The notes: generated by a model from the sequence alone, not told the origin. Shown: positions 10,364 through 20,851, counted from the first letter of the stretch. The stretch: DNA of 64,000 bases from a bacterium (GCA_043803945.1 JAZDJN010000087.1:128001-192000); one strand, 5' to 3'. Made by a program: numbers and translations.

Positions 10364-11131
10364 ATGAGAAAGCTATCACTCATTATTCTCATGCTGCTGC
10401 CATTCATGATTTCGACAGCACAGTATCAGGATGAATTTTACAACAACGGGACTGCCATCGGTGTCTGTTATACTTCTATTGGACATAATATGACTCCAGT
10501 CAGAGGAAAAGTCACTACGAGCGATGGAGAGAGACCCTATAAATCAAGCGGAAGCATGTTTGGCTTCACACTGTTTACCGAATGGAATCAAACAGGTGCA
10601 TGGAAGTATAATTGGAGTTACAAATCGCACTTTATCGATGATTTCGTTGCCATCCTGCAAGCTATCAAGAATATGAACGACGCTAACAAAGAGGCATCGC
10701 CATGGTTCTATTGTTTTCTTGAAGCCAATAACGGGCTGAATGTGTATTACGATCGATCAACAAGGGTTGCTGCCGGTTTATCGTTCAACATTTTTCAGCT
10801 CGAATTTTGGGCAAGCAATGGAGAGTATAATGCCCAGCGCGGCCTCTATTTTAATTTCGGACCCTATGTGAACGGTGACTATATGCTCTCGAATGACCTT
10901 CTCTTGAAAATGGGGTTTTCGACCACCTTTCCTGTGAGCGGCGTCAAGGGTGCAAAAAAACCGGTCTTTATAAACTTTACGCCCGGAATTATGATGAATA
11001 ACGGGCTGTACTTCGGCATCGATTACACCATCATCAGCGGGTTGGAAGATTCTGCACCGGGTAAAACCGGCACAAGCTTAAGCGGCTCTCGATTTGAATT
11101 AAAGTTCGCTCTGTTTACCGATATTCTGTAA
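10364..11131 (+). CDS. Putative outer-membrane beta-barrel protein
   Basis: AAGGAG RBS; signal peptide; alternating aromatic/hydrophobic strands. Confidence 0.6.
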   Translation: MRKLSLIILMLLPFMISTAQYQDEFYNNGTAIGVCYTSIGHNMTPVRGKVTTSDGERPYKSSGSMFGFTLFTEWNQTGAWKYNWSYKSHFIDDFVAILQAIKNMNDANKEASPWFYCFLEANNGLNVYYDRSTRVAAGLSFNIFQLEFWASNGEYNAQRGLYFNFGPYVNGDYMLSNDLLLKMGFSTTFPVSGVKGAKKPVFINFTPGIMMNNGLYFGIDYTIISGLEDSAPGKTGTSLSGSRFELKFALFTDIL

Positions 11132-11193
11132 CTACTTCAGCAATCGAAGCATGACCCAACCCACGAACCATTATTACGCAGGAGGATCTATTC

Positions 11194-13656
11194 ATGAAAC
11201 CCAGATTGATTGTTCTTTCGCTGTTCCTCGTCATCGTTACCATCTCAGCCCAACAAGTACCCAAGTGGGCGCTTGAATTAGACGATCCGATAGAAGGTTA
11301 TAGTTTTTTGCGTGATGGAAATTTCCTTTTTCTCAGGGCTGCAGAAAATGCCTACCTTTATGATGCGACTTCCGGTCAGAAAGTGTATGCCCTCAATGTC
11401 GATGGGTATGAAGCAAAAGGTGTACACGAGCTTGTCGGAGAGAAGTATCTTGTAAGCACGAGCGATAATCTTCGATGCTATGATGCAATGATAGGCAAAT
11501 TGCTCTGGGAAAAAGAATACAAGGATATCGATCAGGATGAATTCACAGAGCTTCGGTTTATCGGGGATATCTGTGTTTTGCGTTATGGGTTGAATCACGT
11601 TGCCATTAACCTGACTGCCGGAAACGAGATCTGGCGCCAGCGCCTTTCGTACAACAAAGACGTATCCGATAAAGGCGGTTGGAACATCCTGTCGCTCGAT
11701 AAGCAAAAGAAGCTATTGGTATTACTCGATTCAGATGCACTCGGGCTGTATAATTATTCAGATGGAAAAGAAACGTTATATCAAAAAGATATTGAAATAG
11801 ACGGAGACCTTGTTGAGAAGAAGCAACAATGGTGTTACATCTCGCAGGATCAACGCTATGTTCTCTTCACTCTCGATGGCGCTGTGGCTATTATTGATGT
11901 CCAGGGGAATAAGGAAATATTCAGAAAGAAAACCTCGTTCGACGATGAAAAGGGGGCAGTTTTTCCTACGGAGAGCGGGTGCGCTGTGCTCGGCAAGGAA
12001 GCGGTGGTGTTCCTCGATCAAAATACCGGAAAGGTCGCAGAAGTTGATGTATCGATAGATGATTTTCGAACATTTGAAATTATGAAGGTCGGCAACCAGG
12101 AAATTCTCTTTGCCGGCCTGAAACATGAAATGTTTGCTGTCGACCTTGCAGCAGGAATAGTTCTCTGGAGATCGAAGAAAGATGATCCTCAGTTCAAGGG
12201 ATATGCCCATCGGTACATTAAGATGGATGGCAACGCTCTGATCGTTACCTATACCTGGACTGGTGGTAACGGTTGTGATCTCTTTCTCATGAGTATCGAT
12301 GCTCTCACAGGAAAAGTAAATTACCGAACACCGTCATTAAGCAACTGTCCCTATGCAACTGCAGATTGGGCACGATCGATTTTTGGCGGGCTGTCAAAAT
12401 TCCTCGGCGCAAAAGACGTTGCCCGATCCCTGGGATGGGATAATATCGGGTACAATTACATTGTGGAAGAGTTTGAGGGAAATCTCGTGTTCGGTGTTCT
12501 TTCTATAAGTCCGCTGCGGAATCCTCAGACCGAAGAATCGGCTGGCGACGGCATTGCCATTATTAATCCCAAGACCGGTGAAGTAGTGTTCAAAGATTAC
12601 CTGCGCTTGAGTGATTACTCCCTTTTGTCTGTTGGTGCAATACGCTATGCCGATATGATGCCCTACATCGATGGCAACATTGCCTATCTGATAGGAGATG
12701 AAAATATCGCAGCGTACGATCTCAAAGCAAAGAAGCGACTGTGGCTGAACAAGGAAACCATCAAAGCGATCCCGAGAGAGGCCATGGTGGTTGATGGTGT
12801 TCTGTTTGTTAAATTCGGAGAATACAAATTCAATGTCTCTGTCACCGAGCCAGCCATACCGCCATTTGATTCCCCCTCGATGACGATACAGGATAAATGG
12901 GACAAAGATCCCTATGGCTTTGCTGCCTACGATGCATCGACCGGGGCACTGCTCTGGCGCATTGAAACAGAAGTCGATCCCAGCTTTTTGACGCCAAACT
13001 TTTCATTGAAGAACAATTACGATCCGGCGACAAAACGGTTGTACTACGGTGATGAGGAAAATATTTATGCATTACAGATGCGGCGCGATGGAGGGAAGTT
13101 CGACTACACTTTCAATTTGAGTAAGAATAATCTTGGAGAAATGTCTTTCAAAAAAACCTATGCAATCTCAGAATGGCCCATCGGCAGCGTGCGATATGGA
13201 TTCTATGATACCTATACGGAAGTAACCACCACGGTTGGGGGAAAAGAATTTGGCAGATTCATTTCAGCAGCAGAAGAAGCAGATGCGACAACAAGTTATT
13301 CTTTCTTCTTTACGGTGTGGGGCGTCGCAGCAAAGAAATGTCTCAGGGTCGTGTATGATCAGAATGCAATCTTCACCATGGCAAAGGAAGGAATTGCTCT
13401 CATTAATGCTGCGGATGGTAAACCCCGGTGGGTCCATCCATGGGAGTACGATCAGGATAATGTTCAATATTCCCCGGTAATCATCGGCGATAAACTCGTG
13501 TATTGTATTGAACGACAGCTCACATCTGTTGATATGAAAACCGGAAAGACTCTCTGGCAGTCAAAGGAATCAAAACGACCAATCGTCCTGATATCACCGA
13601 ATGAGAAATATATCTATACGATCGATAAAGAACTGATCAAAGGATATCAACTCTAA
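11194..13656 (+). CDS. Exported PQQ-like (BamB-type) beta-propeller repeat protein
   Basis: Signal peptide; repeated A.DA.TG...W motifs. Confidence 0.8.
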   Translation: MKPRLIVLSLFLVIVTISAQQVPKWALELDDPIEGYSFLRDGNFLFLRAAENAYLYDATSGQKVYALNVDGYEAKGVHELVGEKYLVSTSDNLRCYDAMIGKLLWEKEYKDIDQDEFTELRFIGDICVLRYGLNHVAINLTAGNEIWRQRLSYNKDVSDKGGWNILSLDKQKKLLVLLDSDALGLYNYSDGKETLYQKDIEIDGDLVEKKQQWCYISQDQRYVLFTLDGAVAIIDVQGNKEIFRKKTSFDDEKGAVFPTESGCAVLGKEAVVFLDQNTGKVAEVDVSIDDFRTFEIMKVGNQEILFAGLKHEMFAVDLAAGIVLWRSKKDDPQFKGYAHRYIKMDGNALIVTYTWTGGNGCDLFLMSIDALTGKVNYRTPSLSNCPYATADWARSIFGGLSKFLGAKDVARSLGWDNIGYNYIVEEFEGNLVFGVLSISPLRNPQTEESAGDGIAIINPKTGEVVFKDYLRLSDYSLLSVGAIRYADMMPYIDGNIAYLIGDENIAAYDLKAKKRLWLNKETIKAIPREAMVVDGVLFVKFGEYKFNVSVTEPAIPPFDSPSMTIQDKWDKDPYGFAAYDASTGALLWRIETEVDPSFLTPNFSLKNNYDPATKRLYYGDEENIYALQMRRDGGKFDYTFNLSKNNLGEMSFKKTYAISEWPIGSVRYGFYDTYTEVTTTVGGKEFGRFISAAEEADATTSYSFFFTVWGVAAKKCLRVVYDQNAIFTMAKEGIALINAADGKPRWVHPWEYDQDNVQYSPVIIGDKLVYCIERQLTSVDMKTGKTLWQSKESKRPIVLISPNEKYIYTIDKELIKGYQL

Positions 13657-13712
13657 TCAGCGATAGTATGTTGAGCAGTAAACTTCTTCTGTTAGAATTG
13701 ATCTGACACAGA

Positions 13713-13750
13713 ATGGGGACAATTCAATTCTCTTGAAATTGTTCCCCCAT
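13713..13750. repeat. GGGGACAA...TTGT(T)CCCC palindromic element (copy 1)
   Basis: ATGGGGACAATTCAA-ttctc-TTGAAATTGTTCCCCCAT. Confidence 0.55.
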
Positions 13751-13766
13751 AGAGAGGGGATTATCT

Positions 13767-16700
13767 ATGCGTTCACTCCTTCGAATATTCACGTTTATCC
13801 TTACTACAGCTGTTACCCTTGCACAGGTTCCAACCATTACATCATTCTCACCTCGCTCTGGTCCTATGGAAACCATGGTAACAATACAAGGCACAAATTT
13901 CAGCACAGTACCAAGCGAGAATATCGTCTACTTTGGCGGCGTGCGGGCAACCGTAACTTCGGCAACTTCGACATCCCTCGGAGTTGCCGTTCCGCCAGGT
14001 GCGATGCTCGCACCTGTGACAGTCACTGTCGGCGGTCTCACTGCTGCCTCAACGTTGCCATTTATCACAACATTCGCAGGCAGTCAAAGCATTGACAATT
14101 CCTCCTTTGCTCCAAAGGCCGACTTTTCAACGCAGGTACCTTCTGAGATCGTTCACACTGCCGATCTGAATAGTGATGGCAAACTTGACATCATTACAAG
14201 CTATAATATTCTGCGTAACACCAGCTCAACCGCCCTCTCGTTCGCCGCAGGTGTTCCACATACGTTGGGACTGGGGGCTTTTGGTACCGATATGGCTGCC
14301 GACGACTTTGATGGCGATGGCAAACTTGACTTATGGGGGTACTCTCAAAGCAGCGGATTTCTTTACATCGCTCGAAATACATCCTCAGGCGATGGTATTT
14401 CTTTTACCACTCCAATCAGCATATTAATATCTTCTATTCGATCTCTTTCCATAGGGGATCTCGATTTCGATGGGAAACCTGATATTCTTGTTTGTGCTGG
14501 CATAACAATTGGAGTCTATCGCAATACCAGCACGAAAGGATCTATCTCCTTTGCGCCGCTTACTACAATCAGCACATGGATTACCTCGTTTCCATCAAGC
14601 GCTGTGCTTTCCGATCTTGACAATGACGGTAAGAATGAGGTGGTCGTTTCTAGTGGTGATAATTCAATGGTGGTCTTTAAGAATTCAAGCACGCCGGGAA
14701 ACTTCTCCTTCCCATCGCCCACAACGATCCCTGTGAATGCGACAGGATTTCGGATGACCTCCGCTGATCTGGATAATGACGGGACAATTGATCTGATGCT
14801 CGAACGAAATAATGTGATCTCGGTACTCCGGAATACGACAACGCCCGGCTCGTTCTCGTTCGCTGCACCATTCACTCTACAACTCAACTCGACCGCAGTG
14901 CAGAATTATGACCTTGGAGATCTGAATGGCGACGGCAAGATCGATCTTGTCATCGTCAATCAAAACGATGTACGGATCATTCTCAATAAAAGCACCTCAG
15001 GAAATCTCTCATTCTCGCCTGTTGTCAACATTGAACTTGGTGTTCAATTATGGCCTTTTGGGGTTGCAGTCGGTGATTTCGATAATGATGGACGTTCGGA
15101 TATCGCATCTGCAAATAAGTACTCTATGTCCACATCAGTATTTCGCAACGTGGTAACACCACCGCCTCAAAATGTCCTCACAATCACATCGGTAAGCCCG
15201 TTGTCGGGTCCCATCGGAACCACGGTGACAATTACAGGCAGCAATTTCAATGTAACTCCTTTGAACAATGTCGTCTACTTTGGCGCGACTCGTGCAACTG
15301 TGGTTACCGCCTCCTCTGTTTCCCTGACAGTAACCGTTCCTCTGGGTGCGACCCATGAACCGATTACTCTAGTGACTAATGGCATGATGACGCATTCGGC
15401 TTCGGAATTCAACGTAACCTTTCCGAGTCAGAATGTAATCCACACCGGCGCATTCTTCCGTAACATCGATATACCAACCGCAAAGAAGCCTATCGATATG
15501 GTCGTTAACGATTTTGATAACAACGGAAAATCTGATATCGCTTTGATCGGACGGGCAGATACGATGATTCAGATATTCAGGAATACAAGCGATTACGGCA
15601 CGCCGCCCTTCACGAAACATCTGGAACTGCCAGCCATACGTTCGGGAAAGGGATTAACAGATTTCTTCATCTACAGCCTTTGCGGCGGTGATGTCAACAG
15701 CGATGGCAAATTGGATCTCATAGCAATCTGCTACGACACAATTGTGGTTTATCCAAACACCAGCACGGCTGGATCAATATCCTTTGGCACCAAGGTGAGC
15801 TTTCCGGCGGAGGGGATCCAGTGGGGTGATGCTGCACTTGGCGATCTGGATGCCGATGGAAAGCTTGATCTTGCCGTGATAAAAACCGATGCAACACTCT
15901 CCATCATGCGCAATCTCAGCTCAGGCTCAACCATTCTCTTTGGATCACCCAGTCCAGTCGCAGCAGCGGTTGCCCACGACATTAAGGTCATCGACCTTGA
16001 TGCGGATGGACGACCTGAAATCATCGTACGCGGCGGTGAAACCAACATTCAGGTTTTCCGCAATACGAGCACACCAGGTGCAATTTCATTTGCCTCGCCA
16101 CTTATATTCACAACAGATCTGAACGCTACCTCGCTCGACATCGCCGATATCAACAACGATGGGAAACAGGATATCGTTGTTGCCTGTTGGGGCGGATTTT
16201 CGGTTTTCCTGAACTCCAGCAGTGCTGGCACATTGTCGTTAGCTCCAAAACAAACGATTACGCCTGCCATGGGAATCGAAGTTCAAGCATTAGCCTTCAG
16301 TGATATTGACGGTGATGGAAAACCCGATATGGTCGTAACCTGGTACAGCGTTCAAGGCTATGGCTCCTTCTTCAAAGTACTGAAGAACACCAGCTCCGGC
16401 AGCACAGTATCGTTTTCTTCTGCAGTGAATTTCATGACCCCGGATCGCTGCAACCCATTTTTCGTTGCCGATCTGGACAATGATTCGAAGCCCGATATTC
16501 TTATCCCCAATCCAGCGAAGAATACATTCTCGCTCTATTGGAACACCGTCTGGCCGCCGCAAATCAGCAAGCCGGTGATTCAATCCATCTCGCCCACAAC
16601 CGGTCAAATGGGAACAAAATTTACAATCACCGGCTCTGGCTTCGATCCAACACCAACGAAAAACAATGTCTATTTCGGTGGTGCGCGGGCAGAGATTCTC

Positions 16701-18266
16701 ACCGCATCACCATCAACGCTGTATATGCGAGTGCCGGCTGGTGCATTCAGTGGACCGGTTACCGTGACCCAGTATGGATTGACTGCAAAATCCAGCACAC
16801 CATTTCAGATCCTTCTGCCGGGCAGTCATGGATTCGACTCCACCTCATTTAATTTTGCCGCCAACCTTACGGTGACGTATAACAATGTCAGTTATCCCTA
16901 TACTACGGAATCCATCAAAGTTGCCGATTTCAATTGCGATGGAAAGCTCGAAGTAATGGCTTCACTCACCACCACACAAACACACCAGCTCATCACCTGG
17001 CTCAATGCAGGTATAAAAGATTCACTCAAATTCTCTATAAGTGGAAGCGGGGGCATGGCCGGTATGATTTCCATTAATGATTATGATGGAGATGGAAGAT
17101 TAGATATTGCCACGGGGGGGCTTGATGTGTGTCAGAATATCTCGCAGGGGCAGGAATCGGTCTTTGGCTATGTTAGCTATTTGACAGGGAATGCTCCAAA
17201 GGGAGTTGCCTCTGGAGATTTTGACGACGATGGGAAACCCGATATCGCTACGGTTGATAATACCGCGAATATACTCTCCGTTTTTCGAAATACCAGCATC
17301 CCAGGCACTATCTCTTTCGAGAAGAAAATTGATTATGCCACGGGCAGTGGCCCTTACTGCGTCGCCGTGGGCGATCTTACCGGTGACGGGAAACTCGATA
17401 TTGCCGTGACAAACCGAATGGCGAGCACCGTCTCACTCTATCGTAATACAAGTTCATCAGGAACAATTTCCTTCGCCTCGAAAGTAGACCTTGCTGCAGG
17501 AACATCCCCATGGGGTGTTGAAATAGCTGACATCAACAATGATGGAATTCCCGATCTGGTCGTAGCATGCACCTCCGATCGAGTGGTAACCATTTACCGC
17601 AATCTTGGTTCAGGCAGTACATTCAGCTTTGCTCCCAGGGTATCTTTCACTGCCGGCACCAGCACCAGCGGTCCTTTGGGACTCTCTCTTGCTGACCTTG
17701 ACGGCGACGGAAAACTCGATATCGGTGTGGCAATCAGTATTTACAATGTCAAGATGTTTTCACTGTTTCGAAATATCAGTACATTATCAGAGATTAAATT
17801 CGAATCTCGTCTCGATTTTTCGATGTCGACCTCGATCAACGCTTACGAAATTGCACTGGCAGACGTTGACCTCGACGGCAAGGTCGATGTTCTCTATGGC
17901 GGGTACGGCACCGGAGGAATCTCAATTTTCAAGAACATGCTTCCAGTCGTTGTTGGTGTGGAACAGGAACAAACCGGTATGCCGGCTGAATTTCGACTCG
18001 AACAGAATTACCCGAACCCCTTTAATCCTGCGACCTTCATTCGTTATCAACTTCCGGCAGCGTCAAGGGTTTCCATTAAAATTTTTAATGTGCTCGGCCA
18101 GGAAGTGGCTACGCTTGTGAACGGGGAACAGGATGCCGGTTCATATTCCATACAATGGAATGCAACCGCACCAAGCGGAATCTACTTCTGCCAAATGAGA
18201 GCATGGCCTGCTACAGGACAGAGGTCGGGGTTTGTCAAAACAAACAAAATGGTTTTACTCCATTAA
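13767..18266 (+). CDS. Large secreted protein: 3 x (IPT/TIG + FG-GAP/VCBS propeller) with T9SS-type C-terminal domain
   Basis: PTITSFSP..G..VTI.G.NF TIG starts three times; many DLDGDGKLDI motifs; QNYPNPFNPAT tail. Confidence 0.92.
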   Translation: MRSLLRIFTFILTTAVTLAQVPTITSFSPRSGPMETMVTIQGTNFSTVPSENIVYFGGVRATVTSATSTSLGVAVPPGAMLAPVTVTVGGLTAASTLPFITTFAGSQSIDNSSFAPKADFSTQVPSEIVHTADLNSDGKLDIITSYNILRNTSSTALSFAAGVPHTLGLGAFGTDMAADDFDGDGKLDLWGYSQSSGFLYIARNTSSGDGISFTTPISILISSIRSLSIGDLDFDGKPDILVCAGITIGVYRNTSTKGSISFAPLTTISTWITSFPSSAVLSDLDNDGKNEVVVSSGDNSMVVFKNSSTPGNFSFPSPTTIPVNATGFRMTSADLDNDGTIDLMLERNNVISVLRNTTTPGSFSFAAPFTLQLNSTAVQNYDLGDLNGDGKIDLVIVNQNDVRIILNKSTSGNLSFSPVVNIELGVQLWPFGVAVGDFDNDGRSDIASANKYSMSTSVFRNVVTPPPQNVLTITSVSPLSGPIGTTVTITGSNFNVTPLNNVVYFGATRATVVTASSVSLTVTVPLGATHEPITLVTNGMMTHSASEFNVTFPSQNVIHTGAFFRNIDIPTAKKPIDMVVNDFDNNGKSDIALIGRADTMIQIFRNTSDYGTPPFTKHLELPAIRSGKGLTDFFIYSLCGGDVNSDGKLDLIAICYDTIVVYPNTSTAGSISFGTKVSFPAEGIQWGDAALGDLDADGKLDLAVIKTDATLSIMRNLSSGSTILFGSPSPVAAAVAHDIKVIDLDADGRPEIIVRGGETNIQVFRNTSTPGAISFASPLIFTTDLNATSLDIADINNDGKQDIVVACWGGFSVFLNSSSAGTLSLAPKQTITPAMGIEVQALAFSDIDGDGKPDMVVTWYSVQGYGSFFKVLKNTSSGSTVSFSSAVNFMTPDRCNPFFVADLDNDSKPDILIPNPAKNTFSLYWNTVWPPQISKPVIQSISPTTGQMGTKFTITGSGFDPTPTKNNVYFGGARAEILTASPSTLYMRVPAGAFSGPVTVTQYGLTAKSSTPFQILLPGSHGFDSTSFNFAANLTVTYNNVSYPYTTESIKVADFNCDGKLEVMASLTTTQTHQLITWLNAGIKDSLKFSISGSGGMAGMISINDYDGDGRLDIATGGLDVCQNISQGQESVFGYVSYLTGNAPKGVASGDFDDDGKPDIATVDNTANILSVFRNTSIPGTISFEKKIDYATGSGPYCVAVGDLTGDGKLDIAVTNRMASTVSLYRNTSSSGTISFASKVDLAAGTSPWGVEIADINNDGIPDLVVACTSDRVVTIYRNLGSGSTFSFAPRVSFTAGTSTSGPLGLSLADLDGDGKLDIGVAISIYNVKMFSLFRNISTLSEIKFESRLDFSMSTSINAYEIALADVDLDGKVDVLYGGYGTGGISIFKNMLPVVVGVEQEQTGMPAEFRLEQNYPNPFNPATFIRYQLPAASRVSIKIFNVLGQEVATLVNGEQDAGSYSIQWNATAPSGIYFCQMRAWPATGQRSGFVKTNKMVLLH

Positions 18267-18354
18267 GGCTCGACCATAGACGACCGTATCTCCATCGTCA
18301 TGGCCGTTTATTGAAGTGCGCCGTATTACAAACCCCCTTCCAGCACACCGAAAC

Positions 18355-18386
18355 GGGGACAAGCTCAAACGCTTGAATTTGTCCCC
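18355..18386. repeat. GGGGACAA...TTGTCCCC palindromic element (copy 2)
   Basis: GGGGACAAGCTCAA-acgc-TTGAATTTGTCCCC. Confidence 0.55.
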
Positions 18387-18436
18387 TTCTTTTTGTTCTT
18401 TTATACAGAACAAGTTGGTTATTCCTCTCTCCCTCA

Positions 18437-18667
18437 ATGAAAAACAAACTCATCGATACCGTTCTTGTCCTTGTCTACATTACTGCCCTCTTCTCTATAG
18501 GTTTTTCTTTTTCGAGTTGTGTCTCTTCCGAACTTGCTCTCCAAATGGAAACCTCGGTCAACTGTCCGTTAATGAAGAATCTTCAGGACAACGACGAAGA
18601 TCTCTTTCAAATTGAAGACGGCATTGGCGCCGTTGGGGAGGCCTCAGCCTGCCCCACGTGAGGGTAG
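18437..18667 (+). CDS. Small DUF4266-like lipoprotein, predicted selenoprotein ending C-P-T-U-G (76 aa, Sec75)
   Basis: Lipobox FSSC; TGC CCC ACG TGA GGG TAG at 18650-18667; SECIS-like hairpin starting 11 nt after the TGA; lies upstream of a DUF3570-like barrel and a TlpA. Confidence 0.75.
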
Positions 18668-18671
18668 GTCC

Positions 18672-18691
18672 TATGTTTCAGGTGAAACATA
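18672..18691 (+). promoter_or_regulatory. SECIS-like hairpin for TGA 18659
   Basis: Perfect 8-bp stem TATGTTTC-AGGT-GAAACATA, loop at +19; the stem contains the likely ATG (18673) of the next gene. Confidence 0.75.
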
Positions 18692-19707
18692 CGAATACTA
18701 TCTCTCGAGTTCGCATCCTCTTCGGAGTGCTGGTTGCGGCTATACTGTTCTCTCCCTCACCTGTTACTGCGCAAGGATATGACGATGCTTTCGAAATGAG
18801 AAGCAAGCTCAAGGTAGAGGTACAATATGCCGACTATGGGGAGTACGAATACCCTGAGCCAATCCTTTACCAGTATGGTCTCTCACCCTATCAACAACGT
18901 TATCCTTACATCGTCAATTTTCCTGAGCGGCGGGGACTCATCAAATTCAGCAGATTGGTGAGTAGTGAGACGGTTCTTGGATTCAAATATCAATTCTCCG
19001 ATCTCCGTGAAGATGTCAAGCAGCATCTCTTCGAAACAAAACTGACGAAAACACTGGATATCGGAATTATCGGTATAGCTGCGGCACAGCTTCTTCGTGA
19101 TTCCCGGGGATTTTCTGCGGTTCAATACGGAACAGGAATAAGCTGGGAGCCAAACGCAATCACATTGTTCCAGGGAGACATCCAGTATTATTATCGAGGA
19201 GATGCTGCTAGTAGTGTGGGCGGAAGATTAGGAACTGCCAATGCACGTTTGAAGTTCAGACAAGTCTTAACGCTTTCAACCGCCCTGCAAGCCGAGTATA
19301 GTTTCTATAACGCAGCGGGCAACTCGTTGAAGTTCAACTCGCAGAGCCTGGCACTGTGGCTCAGCCAATTTTTCAAGACACAAACAGCTATTCATGTCAA
19401 TGGCCGGTTCTATACAAACACGATGGGCATTCAATCCTTCTCCCCCTCTCTGGAAATTGCTCAATATATCGACTGGGCGACCGTTCTCTGGCTGAAGTTC
19501 CGGTACTATACAAACGAGAGCAGGAATGTCTCCTTCGGTGAGCAGGGTGTCTATATCCCCAACGGTTTAAGATCGACCTCGGTGAGCGCGCAGGTAAATC
19601 ATGAACTAACTCCCTCTCTGCTGGTTTACGGGAAATATCGGTACTACAAGAGTAACCTAAACATCCAGATGAATACCTATCTCACTGGATTGGTCTATTC
19701 CTTTTAG
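18673..19707 (+). CDS. DUF3570-like outer-membrane beta-barrel
   Basis: Signal peptide; C-terminal Phe (LVYSF); RFYTNTMGIQSFSPSLE...FRYYTNES resembles the recalled DUF3570 pattern RYYxDxWGIxSHT...YRYYxQ. Confidence 0.65.
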   Translation: MFQVKHTNTISRVRILFGVLVAAILFSPSPVTAQGYDDAFEMRSKLKVEVQYADYGEYEYPEPILYQYGLSPYQQRYPYIVNFPERRGLIKFSRLVSSETVLGFKYQFSDLREDVKQHLFETKLTKTLDIGIIGIAAAQLLRDSRGFSAVQYGTGISWEPNAITLFQGDIQYYYRGDAASSVGGRLGTANARLKFRQVLTLSTALQAEYSFYNAAGNSLKFNSQSLALWLSQFFKTQTAIHVNGRFYTNTMGIQSFSPSLEIAQYIDWATVLWLKFRYYTNESRNVSFGEQGVYIPNGLRSTSVSAQVNHELTPSLLVYGKYRYYKSNLNIQMNTYLTGLVYSF

Positions 19708-19836
19708 ACCACTGATTATCGCTGATTAACACTGATTATCACTGAGAAAAGTAAGTAGGTTGAGATCTTGTTCGAAGAAATAGCAAATAGAATCTTTGTC
19801 TGCGTTCGGGGCTGACTAAAAAGAGAACTCGCGGAC

Positions 19837-19985
19837 TGTCATTCCGGCAATCTTCTAGCCGCCTGCCTGACGAAGTGTTCGTCACGCAGGCAGGGAATCC
19901 AGACAAAGGCTAAATCAATACACTGGACACCGGATTGAAGTTCCGCTGTACGGGATGCCGTAAAGCGGCACATTCCGGTGTGACG
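19837..19985. repeat. Nested REP-like palindromic element
   Basis: TGTCATTCCGG...GGAATCCAG...CTGGACACCGG...CATTCCGGTGTGAC, with an inserted CCTGCC-TGACGAA..TTCGTCA-CGCAGGCAGG hairpin; related copy near 49600-49686. Confidence 0.6.
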
Positions 19986-20051
19986 CGTCATTTCTTTTTA
20001 GACGACCCCAAATTGGCGTGCCATCGGTGGAGAATTTACTTAATTACAGCA

Positions 20052-20825
20052 ATGAACAGAACTCGCGCTATAGGATTGTTGCTCTTTCTTCTCTCCTGGT
20101 TCTTGCTGCAGCAGTGCGGCGAGGCTCCTCCGACAATTCCGGAACTGTTTACCGGATCGCTTAAAATAACGGCATCTGATCCGGCAATCAAATCTCTGGC
20201 AATCGACCTTGACGACATAAAGCTTGGTCTCTTTCCGAATCCGGCATTGGTATCAGATCTTACAATCGGCACTCATAAACTTCTGGTCACCGGAGACAAT
20301 AAGGCTTCATCAGTACTACTCGTAACCATCGCACGAAATCAGCAAACCAATATTGTTCTCGAATTGCTGGCCGAAGGTGCGTTTCTAGGACAGAAAGCTC
20401 CAGATTTTGCTGTGACGACTATCCTGAATGAGCGATTCTCCCTTGAGTCGCAGAAAGGCAAAGTGGTGCTTCTTGCCTTTTTTGAACATACCTGACTGGA
20501 GTGCATTCAGGCGGAGTTGCCGTCTGTGCAATGGGTTGTCGGAGCAGCATTCTCGCCCGAGCAGTTGACGATATTGGGCGTGAATACTACATCCTCAACT
20601 GAGTGGTTGTTGAATTATCGCACCCAGTCGGGTATCACATTCCCATTCGCGTACGATCAGAAGAGCGAATTGTTTACCAAGTACAAAATCGGCGGAACGT
20701 ATGGATACTATCCGCCGACGTATATCATCATCGATCAGAACGGTATTGTCCGGTACAGAATTGACAACACCTTTAAACGAGCAGTGGAAATGGCAACTTG
20801 CATAAAAGGATTACTCACAAACTAA
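20052..20825 (+). CDS. Lipoprotein with PEGA-like domain and TlpA/AhpC-TSA thioredoxin domain; selenoprotein with UxxC (257 aa, Sec148)
   Basis: ORFs 19935..20495 and 20517..20825 are in frame; KAPDF...KGKVVLLAFFEHT-TGA-LECIQAELP puts TGA at the first Cys of the CxxC. Confidence 0.9.
20502..20530 (+). promoter_or_regulatory. SECIS-like hairpin for TGA 20493
   Basis: TGCA-tt-CAGGCGG-AGTTG-CCGTCTG-TGCA; loop at +20 with G in position 2. Confidence 0.8.
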
Positions 20826-20851
20826 CCAAGGCAAACCTTGATGGAGGCGCT

